Shown: one piece after another, positions 6,703-7,494 of the stretch | Position numbering within the stretch: the stretch's first letter is position 1 | Layout: each line of letters begins with the position of its first letter | DNA from: a metagenome | Sequence record: Ga0255760_10010317 | Length of the DNA stretch: 7,494 bases | Strand: one strand, 5' to 3' | The notes under the pieces: generated by a model | Seen by the model: only the letters and a program-made list of their open reading frames with translations | The model's database searches: none | What the model was told of the DNA's origin: nothing | Position numbers and translations under genes: made by a program

Positions 6703-6763
6703 AAGGCTTTGTCTCTCGAGAGGGACTCTCTGTGGTTTAGGGAATTCGGGAAACGCCCCATCA

Positions 6764-7494
6764 TCACGCGGCTTCAGCGTGCTCCTCCTTGGCTTTACGC
6801 TTGGCGCGCTTTTTAGCGTTCTTTCGCGCGTTTTTACCGACGCCGCCGCCCGGTGTCGTCGTCGTCGTCGTCGTCGTCGAAGACGTCTTCTTCTTACCAA
6901 AGGCTGCGTCGGCGTAGGACGCGGCGCGAGTCTCAATCTCGAGCTCGTCGTCGTCGTCGTCGTCATTTTCATCGACTTTGGATGAGTCACGCAATCTCTT
7001 CTTCTTCTTTTTGTCGCCGCCGCGCGCAGACGAAGACAGGAACTCTCTAGCCATGCGTCGCGCTCTCGCGCGCTGGTTAGCGTCGATGGTCGCGTCGTTC
7101 GCGTCGTCTCTATACGGTGCGAGCTTCTTCAGACCGACGATTTGATTGAGAGACTTGTCATCCATGGTCAAAATATCGCGCGTCGTGAGACCGAACATCT
7201 TCGGAGCAACCTCTTTGTACGCGAACCGCGTGGGGGTATCGCCGATGAAATCTTCGGCGTCCAACTTGTAATACTCATCCATCTTTGCCATGAGCTCCTT
7301 GCGCCACTTTTTCGCCGCTCTCTTGCTATATTTGTTTTCCTCGAGAGGAAATTCTTCTTGCTCTGCGGCTTCTTCTTCTTCTTCTTCGTCGTCGTCGCTC
7401 AAGTCCTCTTCTTTGTCCTCCGCGTCAGGAAAGTCGTCGCCCTCAAAGTCGTCGTCCTCCTCGCCGCCAACATCCCCTCCCTTGAGCAGCGTCG
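6764..7494 (-). CDS. KRI1: Ribosome-biogenesis (small-subunit processome) factor KRI1, C-terminal portion (5' end outside the window)
   Basis: The minus-strand frame is open from the right edge. The track start at 7402 is TTG, and upstream codons continue as acidic ...FEGDDFPDADEDKEEDLSDDDEEEE. Stop TGA (tca at 6764-6766). MDEYYKLDAEDFIGDTPTRFAYKEVAPKMFGLTTRDILTMDDKSLNQIVGLKKLAPYRDD matches the remembered Kri1 / Kri1_C signature (DEYY.LD.ED.I.D.P.RF.Y..V....FGL...EIL.A.D.ELN..V.LKK...YR). Confidence 0.85.
   Translation of the reverse strand, partial: TLLKGGDVGGEEDDDFEGDDFPDAEDKEEDLSDDDEEEEEEAAEQEEFPLEENKYSKRAAKKWRKELMAKMDEYYKLDAEDFIGDTPTRFAYKEVAPKMFGLTTRDILTMDDKSLNQIVGLKKLAPYRDDANDATIDANQRARARRMAREFLSSSARGGDKKKKKRLRDSSKVDENDDDDDDELEIETRAASYADAAFGKKKTSSTTTTTTTTPGGGVGKNARKNAKKRAKRKAKEEHAEAA
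6855..6878. repeat. (GTC)8 microsatellite inside KRI1 (encodes poly-Thr); a second (GTC)6 at 6947-6964 encodes poly-Asp
   Basis: Counted directly. In the KRI1 frame the first run reads SSTTTTTTTTP and the second reads NDDDDDDE. Confidence 0.9.

Noticed and set aside
6571-6990. Minus-strand ORF of 139 aa and plus-strand ORFs at 6779-6985 and 6853-7050, overlapping the KRI1 3' end
   Set aside because: These are alternative frames across the GTC microsatellites (poly-Arg, poly-Ser, poly-Val products). The KRI1 frame is supported by the conserved Kri1 C-terminal signature.

Overview
This window is eukaryotic nuclear DNA, not a prokaryotic locus. It is visibly GC-rich and very gene-dense. The protein genes look intronless and lie 60-370 bp apart, with GAC/GTC trinucleotide runs throughout. 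TGTAA motifs sit just downstream of several stop codons. Together this fits a picoplanktonic green alga (Mamiellophyceae, Ostreococcus/Micromonas-like), but that taxon call is inference only. I support six protein-coding genes: (1) the C-terminal part of an ATAD2/Yta7-type AAA+ ATPase, truncated by the left edge; (2) ESCRT-III VPS20/CHMP6; (3) a SirB1/UPF0162-type transglutaminase-like plus TPR protein; (4) a small Lys/Arg-rich protein of unknown family on the minus strand; (5) an uncharacterised protein with three CTFxPxIG-type repeats; (6) the C-terminal part of ribosome-biogenesis factor KRI1 on the minus strand, truncated by the right edge. An AT-richer non-coding island of about 850 bp (5912-6763) holds an intron-containing tRNA-Pro(CGG) gene. 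I see no multi-gene system of the defence-island, operon, CRISPR or autonomous mobile-element kind, and the gene content is housekeeping. The observations most worth a second look are: an 18-bp direct duplicate of the tRNA 3' end plus trailer bracketing a 65-bp AT-rich spacer; a 64-bp same-strand gap between VPS20 and the next gene (embedded promoter or dicistronic transcript); upstream ATGs and a (GAC)11 microsatellite ahead of the repeat-protein gene, including a uORF that ends in an ATGA overlap with the main start; and the CTFxP repeat protein itself. Family assignments rest on remembered motifs, not on searches.
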